Shown piece by piece: positions 1 through 9,378 of a DNA stretch of 64,000 bases. Source of the stretch: a virus (taxonomy: Duplodnaviria > Caudoviricetes). Each line of letters opens with the position of its first letter. The stretch's first letter is position 1. The notes beneath the pieces are model-generated. The model was not told the origin of the DNA. It worked only from the letters and a program-made list of their open reading frames with translations, and did no database searches. Both the position numbers and the translations under genes were made by a program. Where the stretch lies: the IMG/VR virus record IMGVR_UViG_3300031555_010877, positions 1 to 64,000 of that record; one strand, given 5' to 3'.

Positions 1-480
1 TTAACTTGATTGTATACCATTTAACTTCCACCTTTCTGTCATATACGATAAACTAAAATCAGGAATAATATATTGCACAATTTCAACAACTTTATTTTTA
101 ACAAACTCTTCATCAGCGCTTTGCCAAAAATAATGAACCATTTCTTCCAAAAAGATAAACATCATTGCATACTCTGATTTTAATTCTCTAATCGGCTCCA
201 TTCTATACATGGCTAAACTAAATTGATGTCCCCGATTTGTTGGACTTTTTTCATATAAACTTATCTCTCCATTTAATGTGAAGATTATATTGAATGAATG
301 AAAGACCGTGAGATTTATATTCTCTTTAACCAGTTGATGTGCAAGAATGCGCATACTCTCATTAAAAATAACCGCTTCTCTCTCTGATAAGTGACAGTTG
401 GTCAACAATGTAATTATCTTATCAACTATTGGTGGTTTTATCATTTGTATAGGGAAAGAAGTATGGTCTTTTAAAGTCAT
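1..480 (-). CDS. Hypothetical protein (159 aa), moron-like, with an EExxH motif
   Basis: Complete ORF with a GGAG RBS, lying downstream of the lysis terminator with its own promoter-like signal. FLEEMVHYFW resembles a zinc-peptidase helix. Confidence 0.6.
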   Translation of the reverse strand: MTLKDHTSFPIQMIKPPIVDKIITLLTNCHLSEREAVIFNESMRILAHQLVKENINLTVFHSFNIIFTLNGEISLYEKSPTNRGHQFSLAMYRMEPIRELKSEYAMMFIFLEEMVHYFWQSADEEFVKNKVVEIVQYIIPDFSLSYMTERWKLNGIQSS

Positions 481-509
481 ATAAGCGTCTCCAATTATTT
501 ATTTACTTT

Positions 510-538
510 ATTATATACTAATAATTGGGAAATTTCCA
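510..538 (-). promoter_or_regulatory. Putative sigma-A-type promoter (TGGAAA-N17-TATAAT)
   Basis: Minus strand reads TGGAAA TTTCCCAATTATTAGTA TATAAT, about 30 nt upstream of ORF 1..480. Confidence 0.45.
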
Positions 539-569
539 TACATATGTACAATAATTTTATCAACACAAT

Positions 570-599
570 AAAAGAGCCGCCTCATCAGCGGCTCTTTTT
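570..599. terminator. Intrinsic terminator ending the late/lysis operon (bidirectional)
   Basis: AAAAGAGCCGC-ctcatca-GCGGCTCTTTT hairpin with A/T tails on both sides. Confidence 0.8.
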
Positions 600-1149
600 A
601 CTTTTTATACACTTCAATAACGTGCAATTTTTCCATCGCTGGCTTCACGGTACTCTTCATAAAACCATTACCACCAGCATCTTCATAATCCTTATACAAT
701 TCCCAGAAAGCTTCTGCTTCCATATTTGTCCACGACTGTGATGGATTCTTTTCCGGGCTTGTATAATAATTGTAACTTTGAAGCAGCTTGTCTCTCAACT
801 GATTTCTTTCACGACGCTTATCGTGTTCTTCCATAATTTCAAGACGAGCAATTATCTTATTCATCATATCACGGAATTCCTGGATTTCACCGCGGGTTTC
901 CTGTATCTCATTATGTAATTCTTTTTGCACCGCAATGCTTTGTCTTCTATATTCCGGATACTTCTGTGTTTCTTCGTAAGCTACTTTAATACGGCGGTCT
1001 TTTTCTTCCTGTTCGTCGTGGTGTTTGACAATTTCATCGTTCCATTTATGATAAAGCTTATAAATGAAAAAGATAGCAATACACCAGACGCCTACCTCCG
1101 CCAATGTAATGTCCCCGAATATTTGGACAAATGCCTCATATCCTTTCAG
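598..1149 (-). CDS. Membrane-anchored lysis-cassette protein (holin-associated, YxxxGGNG C-terminus)
   Basis: N-terminal hydrophobic segment, coiled coil and YEDAGGNG motif, next to the holin. Start extended from 1104 to an in-frame CTG at 1149 that follows GGAGGTG. Confidence 0.65.
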   Translation of the reverse strand: MKGYEAFVQIFGDITLAEVGVWCIAIFFIYKLYHKWNDEIVKHHDEQEEKDRRIKVAYEETQKYPEYRRQSIAVQKELHNEIQETRGEIQEFRDMMNKIIARLEIMEEHDKRRERNQLRDKLLQSYNYYTSPEKNPSQSWTNMEAEAFWELYKDYEDAGGNGFMKSTVKPAMEKLHVIEVYKK

Positions 1150-1187
1150 AAAACGTCACCTCCCTTAGTGATGTTTTCGACATCACA

Positions 1188-1544
1188 TTATTCACCTTTA
1201 ATGTATTCTGAAATAGCCATATTTTCTTCAATCTGTTTTTCAAGCCATTCCAGTGCGCCATCTACATATTCTTTAAATGTTTCAAAGCTAACAAAAGTCT
1301 TGAGCCAAGGGAATTTAGTAAGTGCTTTATCATAAACCATACGAAGTTTGAGTTCGCCTGTACCACTGCCCAAAGCTCTTTCAGCTTCAGCAACAGCAAA
1401 TTTAAGCCATTCTTTGAGGTCGTTAATCTGTACTTTAGTTGGTTTACTAAGCCAATTCTGTACACCATTAAATACGAAAACAATTGTTGCAGCAATCACA
1501 ACCCAGATTGCCCAGTTTTCAAGAAAAGTCTGAATAAGTTTCAT
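1188..1544 (-). CDS. Holin, LL-H-like family
   Basis: Single N-terminal TM segment and AVAEAERALGSGTGELKL motif; directly downstream of the endolysin. Confidence 0.75.
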   Translation of the reverse strand: MKLIQTFLENWAIWVVIAATIVFVFNGVQNWLSKPTKVQINDLKEWLKFAVAEAERALGSGTGELKLRMVYDKALTKFPWLKTFVSFETFKEYVDGALEWLEKQIEENMAISEYIKGE

Positions 1545-1545
1545 A

Positions 1546-3501
1546 TTATTCTCCTTTCAACCAATTTAAAAATTGTTCAAGGATTCTGATAAACCCTTTT
1601 GTGTTTGCAGTAGACTGTTCGCCTTTAAAACGTTCAATCTCTGCTTTAAGTGCATCACGTTCAACAATAAGTTCTTCACGGGCACGTTTAAGATTTTCAA
1701 CTGACTGGATAGCCTGTTCACAGGTTACTGCAGCAAAATCAAGTGCACTCTGCAATTCAGCATTTTTAGCTTCAAGGGCAGCTTTGTCACCCTCAAGCTT
1801 AACAATTTTTTCGTTCAACTCTGTGTTGGAAGATTCAAGAATAGAAATCTTTGCTTTATTATCCTGATTGATTTCTTCAACAATTTCATAAGCTGCAATT
1901 TTCATTGTGAGCTCTGTCTGAACAGATGCCAGCTGTTCGTTAAGACGGTCAACTTCGGCCTGAACTTGTGCATAGATTTCAGCGCCTTTTTCATATTCTG
2001 CACACTTGTCTTCAAGTGCTTCAACCTGTGCAGAAAGGTCATTGATTGCACAACGCAGTTCTTCACATTCGTCACAAGGTTGCTGTTCTGGCAGAGCAGG
2101 TGTTTCAATCACCTGAATGATTTCACATCTGTCTTCAAGGATAACTACATAAACAATTGTGCCATCCTTTTCGATTTCAGCCCATTTAAAGTTGTTAATT
2201 TCGCCGCCTGAAATGCGTTTGATGTTGTAAGTTGTATCAACTGTGAGCTTACCTAATGGGGCATTTACGTCCGTTGTAGAGAAATATTCACAGTTGGATT
2301 TTGTAACCTTGTACATACCGTGGAATATCTGCCAGCCTGAGAGATATTCACCGTAGAGAATATTCTTATCAAGTGGTTCACCTGCAAGACCGAAGTCAGC
2401 ACCATCATCGCTTGCATACTGCCAGATATAGCAGTCACGGTCTGGAGCACTGAGGCCTGGGCGAGCATACCAGATATAATAATCCGGGTGAGCATCAAAG
2501 AAAGCCTGACCATACCAGTTATCCCAATAGTTTTTATTTGTGTAAACACCTGTAGCATAACCGCGAGCTTTAATCTGTTCACAGTAAGCTTCAGTCATTG
2601 CACGCACTAGTTCAGGTGTTGGTATAACTCCCTGATTTACACAGTAATCATAAGAAAAGCCTTCCCAGTCGCAGAACACAGGAAGACTCAGTTTTTCAGG
2701 TGTAAACCCAAAATTTTCAATTGTATCAATAATGTAATTTGCTTCAGCTTTTGCATCCTCTGCATTGATAAAGTAGTTGGCAGGGAAGAAACCTACTTTC
2801 AAATCACCAGTATCTTTCAAATATTGTTCGAGATTTTTGTCAACTTTTGCAGAACCTACGCAGGCGCGATGAATAACAAATTCAGCTTTACCATTTGCTA
2901 CGATTTTTGCCATAGCACCAGTACTGCGGTTGTCTGAAAGGTCGACACCATATCTTACATTGTCCATTTCCTTTTCCTCTCCTTCGCGTATCCATTTGTA
3001 GCCGCCATCATTCAAAATCTGCACGTCTCTATCAAGAATAAATAAGTCATAAAGATGTGCCTGATTTTCGCACACATATGTACCTTGGGAGTTTTTAAAT
3101 TGACTACAGTTTTCCCATTTACCTTTACCAGCTTCAATGTGTACATGAATAGCAAATTGGTTTGGATTTCCAAAACCCATGCCACCTTCATCATAAAAAT
3201 GCTCACCTTGCATTACAATTTGACCTTCATGAACATTAAATTCACCATCGTGAATGCATAAAAGACGAGCATAATCTGATGTTCCATCGGCAAATAAAAC
3301 AGGTTCTATGCTTTCCATATAAAGTTCACCTGTTGCATTTTGTCTGCGACGTTTTACAATCATGTCACAAGGGCAGTAGAGTTTATCGCTGCCTGTATCT
3401 TTACCACCAAAGTCGATGGCAAACGAACCCGCGTGTGAATAAGTGGACAACTCCTTTTGTGTCACACGTAGATATCTCATTGGGAATTTAAACTTCTGCA
3501 T
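1546..3501 (-). CDS. Multidomain endolysin: M23-like peptidase + GH25 muramidase + SH3-like domain + long coiled coil
   Basis: HxxxxxxD (SHAGSFAID) and HVH motifs; GVDLS...DWE...WQY GH25 pattern; heptad-rich C-terminus; adjacent to the holin. Confidence 0.8.
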   Translation of the reverse strand: MQKFKFPMRYLRVTQKELSTYSHAGSFAIDFGGKDTGSDKLYCPCDMIVKRRRQNATGELYMESIEPVLFADGTSDYARLLCIHDGEFNVHEGQIVMQGEHFYDEGGMGFGNPNQFAIHVHIEAGKGKWENCSQFKNSQGTYVCENQAHLYDLFILDRDVQILNDGGYKWIREGEEKEMDNVRYGVDLSDNRSTGAMAKIVANGKAEFVIHRACVGSAKVDKNLEQYLKDTGDLKVGFFPANYFINAEDAKAEANYIIDTIENFGFTPEKLSLPVFCDWEGFSYDYCVNQGVIPTPELVRAMTEAYCEQIKARGYATGVYTNKNYWDNWYGQAFFDAHPDYYIWYARPGLSAPDRDCYIWQYASDDGADFGLAGEPLDKNILYGEYLSGWQIFHGMYKVTKSNCEYFSTTDVNAPLGKLTVDTTYNIKRISGGEINNFKWAEIEKDGTIVYVVILEDRCEIIQVIETPALPEQQPCDECEELRCAINDLSAQVEALEDKCAEYEKGAEIYAQVQAEVDRLNEQLASVQTELTMKIAAYEIVEEINQDNKAKISILESSNTELNEKIVKLEGDKAALEAKNAELQSALDFAAVTCEQAIQSVENLKRAREELIVERDALKAEIERFKGEQSTANTKGFIRILEQFLNWLKGE

Positions 3502-3524
3502 AGCAACCTCCTTTAATTATAAAA

Positions 3525-3555
3525 TAAGGCTTTGAGACCATGCCCAAAGCCTTTT
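3525..3555 (-). terminator. Hairpin/terminator between tail genes and the lysis cassette
   Basis: AAGGCTTTG...CAAAGCCTT inverted repeat. Confidence 0.55.
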
Positions 3556-3568
3556 ATACACTATCGCA

Positions 3569-3685
3569 TCAACCAGCCATAATTTCTTCTGCTTGCGCCT
3601 GTGTAATCAAACCTTTTTCAATATATACAGACAAGTTTTTAATTTTGCCAGCTTTATATAAAACTTTTAATCTTTCAAAAATCAT
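3569..3685 (-). CDS. XkdX-like small tail-fibre-associated protein (38 aa)
   Basis: MIFERLKVLYKAGKIKNLSVYIEKGLITQAQAEEIMAG with GGAGG RBS and a KGxITxxxxEEI motif; not in the ORF track. Confidence 0.7.
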   Translation of the reverse strand: MIFERLKVLYKAGKIKNLSVYIEKGLITQAQAEEIMAG

Positions 3686-3687
3686 AA

Positions 3688-4023
3688 TTATACCTCCATA
3701 GCCATAAGAAGTTCATCAATTGTTGCAATTGCTTCTTCATTTTCAATTTCGAGGTCTGATTTTTTATACAGTTTTACTGTAATTGTTTCATCATCAATTG
3801 TGATTTTACCTTTGATATCATAACCAACATAGGTCTTCTGTTGTGCTGGAATTATTTCATAATGGTCAATTACTACATTACCGTCTTCATTCAATTCCTC
3901 TGCATCTGATTCTATTCATATAGTATTTTCTTTAGGTGTTGTAGGAACTGTTTCTCCGCCTACAACTTTTAAATCTAATACACCATTTCTGCTAAGAGGA
4001 ACTGCTTTATGTATTGTTGCCAT
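3688..4023 (-). pseudogene. Tail-fibre/chaperone-like ORF interrupted by an in-frame TGA at 3916-3918
   Basis: ATG at 4023 with AGAAAGG RBS reads MATIHK...KVVGGETVPTTPKENTI*IESDAEELNEDG..., in frame with ORF 3688..3894. Confidence 0.55.
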
Positions 4024-4038
4024 AATATTACGCCTTTC

Positions 4039-5937
4039 TTATTCTATAATTTCTTCATCTAATGTACATACCAAGTCTGAACCATAGCAACGAGGTGCAG
4101 ATATTCTAATATATGCGGCATTAGTTAAATAGCCTTTGAGCGTTGTATTTGTTATATTCGCAGGGTTAACAGTCCATATATATGAAGTTTTTCCATCATA
4201 AGTTTTTATGGTTGCATGTTGTTCAATCGTACTCATTGTTGATATGCCTGAACCTGCTAGGCCACCAATATGTGCAAATGAACTATTGTAACACTGAATA
4301 TACCAACCAGTATGACTCAAATTATTAGACCATGAACCACAAATCCTTATAATTTCATCATTATAAGGGATAAAGCCTGAACAAGTACCACCTTCAGCGT
4401 CTTGTGTCATTGCAGTTTCAGCACCACTACTATTTAATCTATACCCCCATTTATAACCTGTACCATTATAAATAGTTCCACTAGAATCTATTGAAGATAA
4501 TACTTTATTTATATAAGCTGTCGCATATACATTAATTACAATATCTCCAGATACACTTGGAATGTAAACGGATAAGTGACCTTCACTAGATGACGATGGT
4601 GTAACATCAGAACCGCCCATGGTAACACTACTACTTCTGATTTTATTGCTACCTGTTGGTGTGATAGTAGTAGTATATGATTCGCCTTCTGATACGAGAG
4701 CTGGTGTATTATTAGCTGTAGCACCTGTAAGATTATATGTAACACTATAGTAAATGCCTTCGTAAGCCAATGCTCTATCAAACCCTGCACCATAGCAGAA
4801 TGCATTTACAGTTTTTTCACTAGTATCAATTACATATATACAAAAAGAAGTATCTTTTGCACTGTTGGCTGTTTTGTTATAAGTGGTAGTATCACCAAAC
4901 TTTGAACGAATGTCTTCACTATAAGATGATGACCCATATTCATTATTTCTATAGAAATAAGCATTAGGTGTACCTATACGCACAATTTCAGTTTCACCTA
5001 CAGTACCTGTGATAAAGTTATGAGTATGCCCATGAATATTACATATTAATTTTGCAAGATTTTTACCACTAAAATTGTAACTCACTGTTGCACCATCTAT
5101 TGTCACACTACCGCTTGTACCTAAATTATAAGCATCTAAAACATTAACAACTTTACCTATAGTTGCATCCCAATGTAATGGATGATGTGTCAACAACAGA
5201 ATATTCCATCCTGATTTAGCACCTACATCGGTCAATGTTGATACAAGCCAACTGTATTGGTCAGGGCTAATGTAACAAGCACCGTGTGAGTCTGATGTTT
5301 TATCTCTAAGGTCAGAGGTGTTCATAAAGATAACTCTTGTTTTTTTATCGGTTAAATCCATATAACAGTAACCCCTGTCAGCATTAGATGAAGGTCGTGT
5401 TACATTTTTGTTAAATCTGCCTACATATCTGTACAGCAAATCACCTGAAAGCCAAGCATCAGCGTTATAACCTCTGTCGTGGTTGCCTTCAATTACAACG
5501 TCAGGTGAAAGAATACCCATTGCTCGTCTGGATTCCAATAAATTAATTTGATGTGCTTCTCTTGTATCGCTGCTTGTACCAGCAGAAACATCTCCAAGAA
5601 CAGCAGTGAAATCAACAGGTATTGTTTCTTTAATTATTCTTGCACCATTCATTGCACTGTTTAAACCTGCCATTGTAGTGGCATTTGTAGTTAAAACGTG
5701 CGTATCAGCTAAGGCAATGAAACTAATAGTATTATCATTCATAGCAGCTTTTGCCAAGTTTGCAACTCTTAAAGCCTCAGTTTCAACGTAATCTGAGTAG
5801 CTATGAGTAGCTGGACTTAAAGAAGCAATATCAATTACCATTTGTTCAGGTTCAATATCACCTGCAATACCCGTTCTATCACGAAGAGAGTCAGCAATTG
5901 AAGTTAATGTTGTTTCGTCTATAATGTATTTACCCAT
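4039..5937 (-). CDS. Calcineurin-like metallophosphoesterase fused to beta-rich (Ig-like) domains, in the tail module
   Basis: Motifs DTH, GD, GNHD, THH and GHTH are all intact. Confidence 0.75.
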   Translation of the reverse strand: MGKYIIDETTLTSIADSLRDRTGIAGDIEPEQMVIDIASLSPATHSYSDYVETEALRVANLAKAAMNDNTISFIALADTHVLTTNATTMAGLNSAMNGARIIKETIPVDFTAVLGDVSAGTSSDTREAHQINLLESRRAMGILSPDVVIEGNHDRGYNADAWLSGDLLYRYVGRFNKNVTRPSSNADRGYCYMDLTDKKTRVIFMNTSDLRDKTSDSHGACYISPDQYSWLVSTLTDVGAKSGWNILLLTHHPLHWDATIGKVVNVLDAYNLGTSGSVTIDGATVSYNFSGKNLAKLICNIHGHTHNFITGTVGETEIVRIGTPNAYFYRNNEYGSSSYSEDIRSKFGDTTTYNKTANSAKDTSFCIYVIDTSEKTVNAFCYGAGFDRALAYEGIYYSVTYNLTGATANNTPALVSEGESYTTTITPTGSNKIRSSSVTMGGSDVTPSSSSEGHLSVYIPSVSGDIVINVYATAYINKVLSSIDSSGTIYNGTGYKWGYRLNSSGAETAMTQDAEGGTCSGFIPYNDEIIRICGSWSNNLSHTGWYIQCYNSSFAHIGGLAGSGISTMSTIEQHATIKTYDGKTSYIWTVNPANITNTTLKGYLTNAAYIRISAPRCYGSDLVCTLDEEIIE

Positions 5938-8900
5938 TAGAATCCAACTCCTTCCGCTTGTGGTAATACTGCAAGTACTTCTGAGGCAAGATTTGCTTTG
6001 GTTACATAAGTATCAGCAATATTGTTGCCGTTTGCATCTGCTGTGGCTTTTGTCGCAGTACCTACAAAATTTGTCGCTGTAAGTGTGCCCGTGCTTGGAT
6101 TTGCATATATATTACTATTCATATATGTTGCACCAAAATTATCTTGTCCATATGCTTTACTTGCTGTACTAAGTAACAGTGGGTAATCAGTATTAGACGT
6201 TGTTAGATGCTGAGTTACCCATTGGGTAACGCCTATATCTACTGATGATGTCGAACCATCGCTACCTGTAAGTGTAATTGTTGATAGCGAATTCGTTGGC
6301 ATGGATAAAGCATAAGTCGTATTGGAATCCGCCTTTGCATTTAATTCTTCTTTTGTTGCATAGGTATTTGCAATTGATTCTATATCTTCTTGCCATCTAT
6401 CAATAGAAATCAAATGGTATTGTGAACTATATATGAATGTCGCAACATCACCAGCTTTAATAACACCTGCTGTAATAGCCTTTCCTCTATAGTAGATAGA
6501 TTTTGCACCCTTACTATTAATATTTAAAGTTGCTGAAGCAGGAACTGCATTAGTAAACTTAACAGCTACTATACCACCTGTAGTTAAAGTATAGCTTGAT
6601 AATGTACCTACTTTAGCAACTGTAGCTGCTGCGGTAGTACATGTTGCATAACCATGACCTAACTTAACATTAGTATAGGTTGTATTAGTATCATAACTAT
6701 TTGCAATCCAAACCCAATGAGTGCCATTGAACATGTAAGTAGTTACACGATTTGCATAACCTGTATAAGCTGTTCCATTGCTAGTATACTCTGCATTATT
6801 ATACCAAATTGGATATGCACCTGTACTATTAACATTAAGAGTTACATTAGAAGCAGTATTGGATACAGTAAACTTAACCATGATAACGCTACCAGTAGTT
6901 AGTGTCCAGTTAGTATTACCTGATAAAGACACTACTTTTGCAGCAGTCGCAGCAGCTGTAGAGCATGTGCCATATGCAATATTTGTATTATTTAACTTAG
7001 CCTTGTCTTCTAAAGACATAAGACCATCAGCTGTTGTAGTAGCATTGTTATAAGTTGTATCTGTGAATTTTGCATCACTTGGAACAGATTTACCCAAAGT
7101 GTAAGTTGTTTTAACTGGGATGCCATCAGCAAAATAAACGGGTTGTGTTTCAGAACCAGCATTAGCATTTAATTTATTAGCACTTGTTGCCGCACCACCA
7201 ACACTAGAAGAACCAGCGTAACTATGTGTATGACCACTTGCAGCCTTACTATCCAACTGTGATTGAATACTAGAAGTGACTTCTGAGAGATACTGCAATT
7301 TCGTAGCATCAACAAGAGAATCGGTAATTTTACCTGTAGTAGTTGTAACTACAACTTTGCCTGCTTCTAAATTTTTGTCTAACACACTTGTAATAGCACC
7401 AGTGATTTTTGATTGTTTTGCATCCAACTGTTCCTGAACACTAGCTGTAACACCATCCATATAATTAAGTTCGGTGGCCGTAGCTGTTAAATCTGTAATG
7501 TCAGCAACTTTATGTGTATGACCAGAATCTGCTTTACCGGCAACAGTCTGTGCTAATGCATCCAACTCTGTCTGAGAAGCGCGAGAAGTATCAGTTGGGT
7601 GAATGTGGTCTGCTCTAGCAACACTCGTAGAAGTGCCAAAAGCAGCTGTCCCATTCATTTTAGGTTCATTAACGGAATCAAATGTTACGTGAGTACCGTG
7701 AGAAGCGGCAGCTTTACCATCAAGCGCACTCTGCAATCCACTTACGTCTGTAATAGTATGAGAGTGTAAACTATCAGCCTTGTCAGCGAGCTTTGTATCA
7801 ATTTCAGTCTCAGTATAATATCTGTCATCATGACTATGAATACTTGTAGCATAATCATGCGTATGTTCTTTATCTGCCTTATTGTTAATGGAAGCTGTCA
7901 TTGCAGCAGCAGCTTCAGCATCACTTGTAATATAAGCTTGAATTTCTTTTAATGTATCTTTTGTTCCTTCTGAAATTGCATTTTCATTAAAGAAATAATC
8001 AACATCTTCTTTTACTTTGGCTAAAGTAATCGCCAATGTTTCACCAGCTGTTTTATCATAATAACTGTCATCATGTTTATGCTTTGAATCTGACTTTTGA
8101 GCAATTGCCGCACTGAGTTCATTGCTTAATGCGTTCAAATTCAGTTGAACTGCATCTGCTGCACCTTTTACATCGTAATCATCGTCATGTTTATGAGTAT
8201 TATCTGATTTAGACGCCAACTGTGTATCTAATTCTAATGATGATACTAATTTGATAGCATCAGACTTAGACGTTCCTCCAACGTAAACATTACCAGAATA
8301 CCAAGCATTGCCATCCCAATCTAGTGTATGGGCGTTGGAACGTTCTGTATCAGATGCACCATTACCTACGATATGAGCATAATTATCTGCACTTTCTATA
8401 CTATTATATTTACCTTGTGTATGCTGATAATTGCCGTCGGCTATTGTACCATAACCTTCAGCATGTGTAGCAATCTTATTTGCCTGAGTATGGTATCCTT
8501 CAGAATGAGAACCTGACCCTTGAGATATTGTTTCATAACCTTCGGCATGAGAACCATCGCTCAATGCTAATGTATTTTGTCCCTCAACATGAGATTTCCC
8601 GCTTTTAGCTAAAGTAAATTTACTTGTATTCCATGTTTCAATAACAGCAGTATTGCTTGTAGATGTTGTAATAGTATTAGGGAGCGAATTTGAACTATAT
8701 CCCTCCGCATGAGCACCACTACCAAGTGCCGATGTAGCCCTGCCTTCTGCATGAGCACCGAACCCAGCAGCTCTAGTGCCCCATCCCTCTGCGTGTGCCC
8801 AGCTACCATCAGCAATATTATTTGAGTTATTAAATATTTCGGCTCCAGTTCCTGTGCCAGCTTTACCTATAAGACTACTAGAATCAGCTTTTGAACTAAG

Positions 8901-9197
8901 TTTACTATCTACTTCTGATTTATCATAAACATCGTTAGCTTTAACATAGGTATCATCATGGTTGTGCTCTGCATCAGCCTTTTTATCAATTTCTGCTTCC
9001 AGAATGTTCATTGCTGTACTTACAGCATCAAACTCTGCATCAATAACCTTGTTCTGAACAGGATTAGTTGAAGTAGAGGAGAGGGCAGAGTCAATTGTGT
9101 GGCTGTGATTTTTAGGAGCAAAAACCTCGCGAAGATTTATCAAAAACTGCCCAAGAGCTTCTAAACCGGCATATTTATTTTTATTTTCATTTGCCAT
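5937..9197 (-). CDS. Tail fibre protein with HxH repeats, YadA/Hep_Hag-like HAEG repeats and a duplicated 'TCSTAAAT..K' domain
   Basis: Repeated HNHD/HTH motifs, (S/A)HAEG repeats, Ala/Thr/Ser-rich sequence. Confidence 0.75.
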   Translation of the reverse strand: MANENKNKYAGLEALGQFLINLREVFAPKNHSHTIDSALSSTSTNPVQNKVIDAEFDAVSTAMNILEAEIDKKADAEHNHDDTYVKANDVYDKSEVDSKLSSKADSSSLIGKAGTGTGAEIFNNSNNIADGSWAHAEGWGTRAAGFGAHAEGRATSALGSGAHAEGYSSNSLPNTITTSTSNTAVIETWNTSKFTLAKSGKSHVEGQNTLALSDGSHAEGYETISQGSGSHSEGYHTQANKIATHAEGYGTIADGNYQHTQGKYNSIESADNYAHIVGNGASDTERSNAHTLDWDGNAWYSGNVYVGGTSKSDAIKLVSSLELDTQLASKSDNTHKHDDDYDVKGAADAVQLNLNALSNELSAAIAQKSDSKHKHDDSYYDKTAGETLAITLAKVKEDVDYFFNENAISEGTKDTLKEIQAYITSDAEAAAAMTASINNKADKEHTHDYATSIHSHDDRYYTETEIDTKLADKADSLHSHTITDVSGLQSALDGKAAASHGTHVTFDSVNEPKMNGTAAFGTSTSVARADHIHPTDTSRASQTELDALAQTVAGKADSGHTHKVADITDLTATATELNYMDGVTASVQEQLDAKQSKITGAITSVLDKNLEAGKVVVTTTTGKITDSLVDATKLQYLSEVTSSIQSQLDSKAASGHTHSYAGSSSVGGAATSANKLNANAGSETQPVYFADGIPVKTTYTLGKSVPSDAKFTDTTYNNATTTADGLMSLEDKAKLNNTNIAYGTCSTAAATAAKVVSLSGNTNWTLTTGSVIMVKFTVSNTASNVTLNVNSTGAYPIWYNNAEYTSNGTAYTGYANRVTTYMFNGTHWVWIANSYDTNTTYTNVKLGHGYATCTTAAATVAKVGTLSSYTLTTGGIVAVKFTNAVPASATLNINSKGAKSIYYRGKAITAGVIKAGDVATFIYSSQYHLISIDRWQEDIESIANTYATKEELNAKADSNTTYALSMPTNSLSTITLTGSDGSTSSVDIGVTQWVTQHLTTSNTDYPLLLSTASKAYGQDNFGATYMNSNIYANPSTGTLTATNFVGTATKATADANGNNIADTYVTKANLASEVLAVLPQAEGVGF

Positions 9198-9312
9198 TTA
9201 TTTTCTCCTTTCGGTTAAATAAAAAGCCGAGCATCTGTATATTTGCGCATTATATACAGAAACTCAACTGAGTTTATTTACTGCTTTCCAAGTGTGCAGT
9301 TCACTATAAAAT

Positions 9313-9345
9313 AATAGGAGGCTCGTAATTGAGCCTCCTATTTTT
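9313..9345. terminator. Intrinsic terminator
   Basis: AATAGGAGGCTC-gtaatt-GAGCCTCCTATT hairpin with A/T tails. Confidence 0.7.
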
Positions 9346-9378
9346 ATTGTTTTGACTTTACAGTCTCAAAGCTATCAA

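Noticed and set aside
3916-3918. Genome-wide TGA-to-Trp (or TAG) recoding
   Set aside because: Several genes end in TGA with ATGA coupling (26391, 37912, 43943), long ORFs are intact in code 11, Trp is encoded by TGG throughout, and no suppressor-anticodon tRNA is present.
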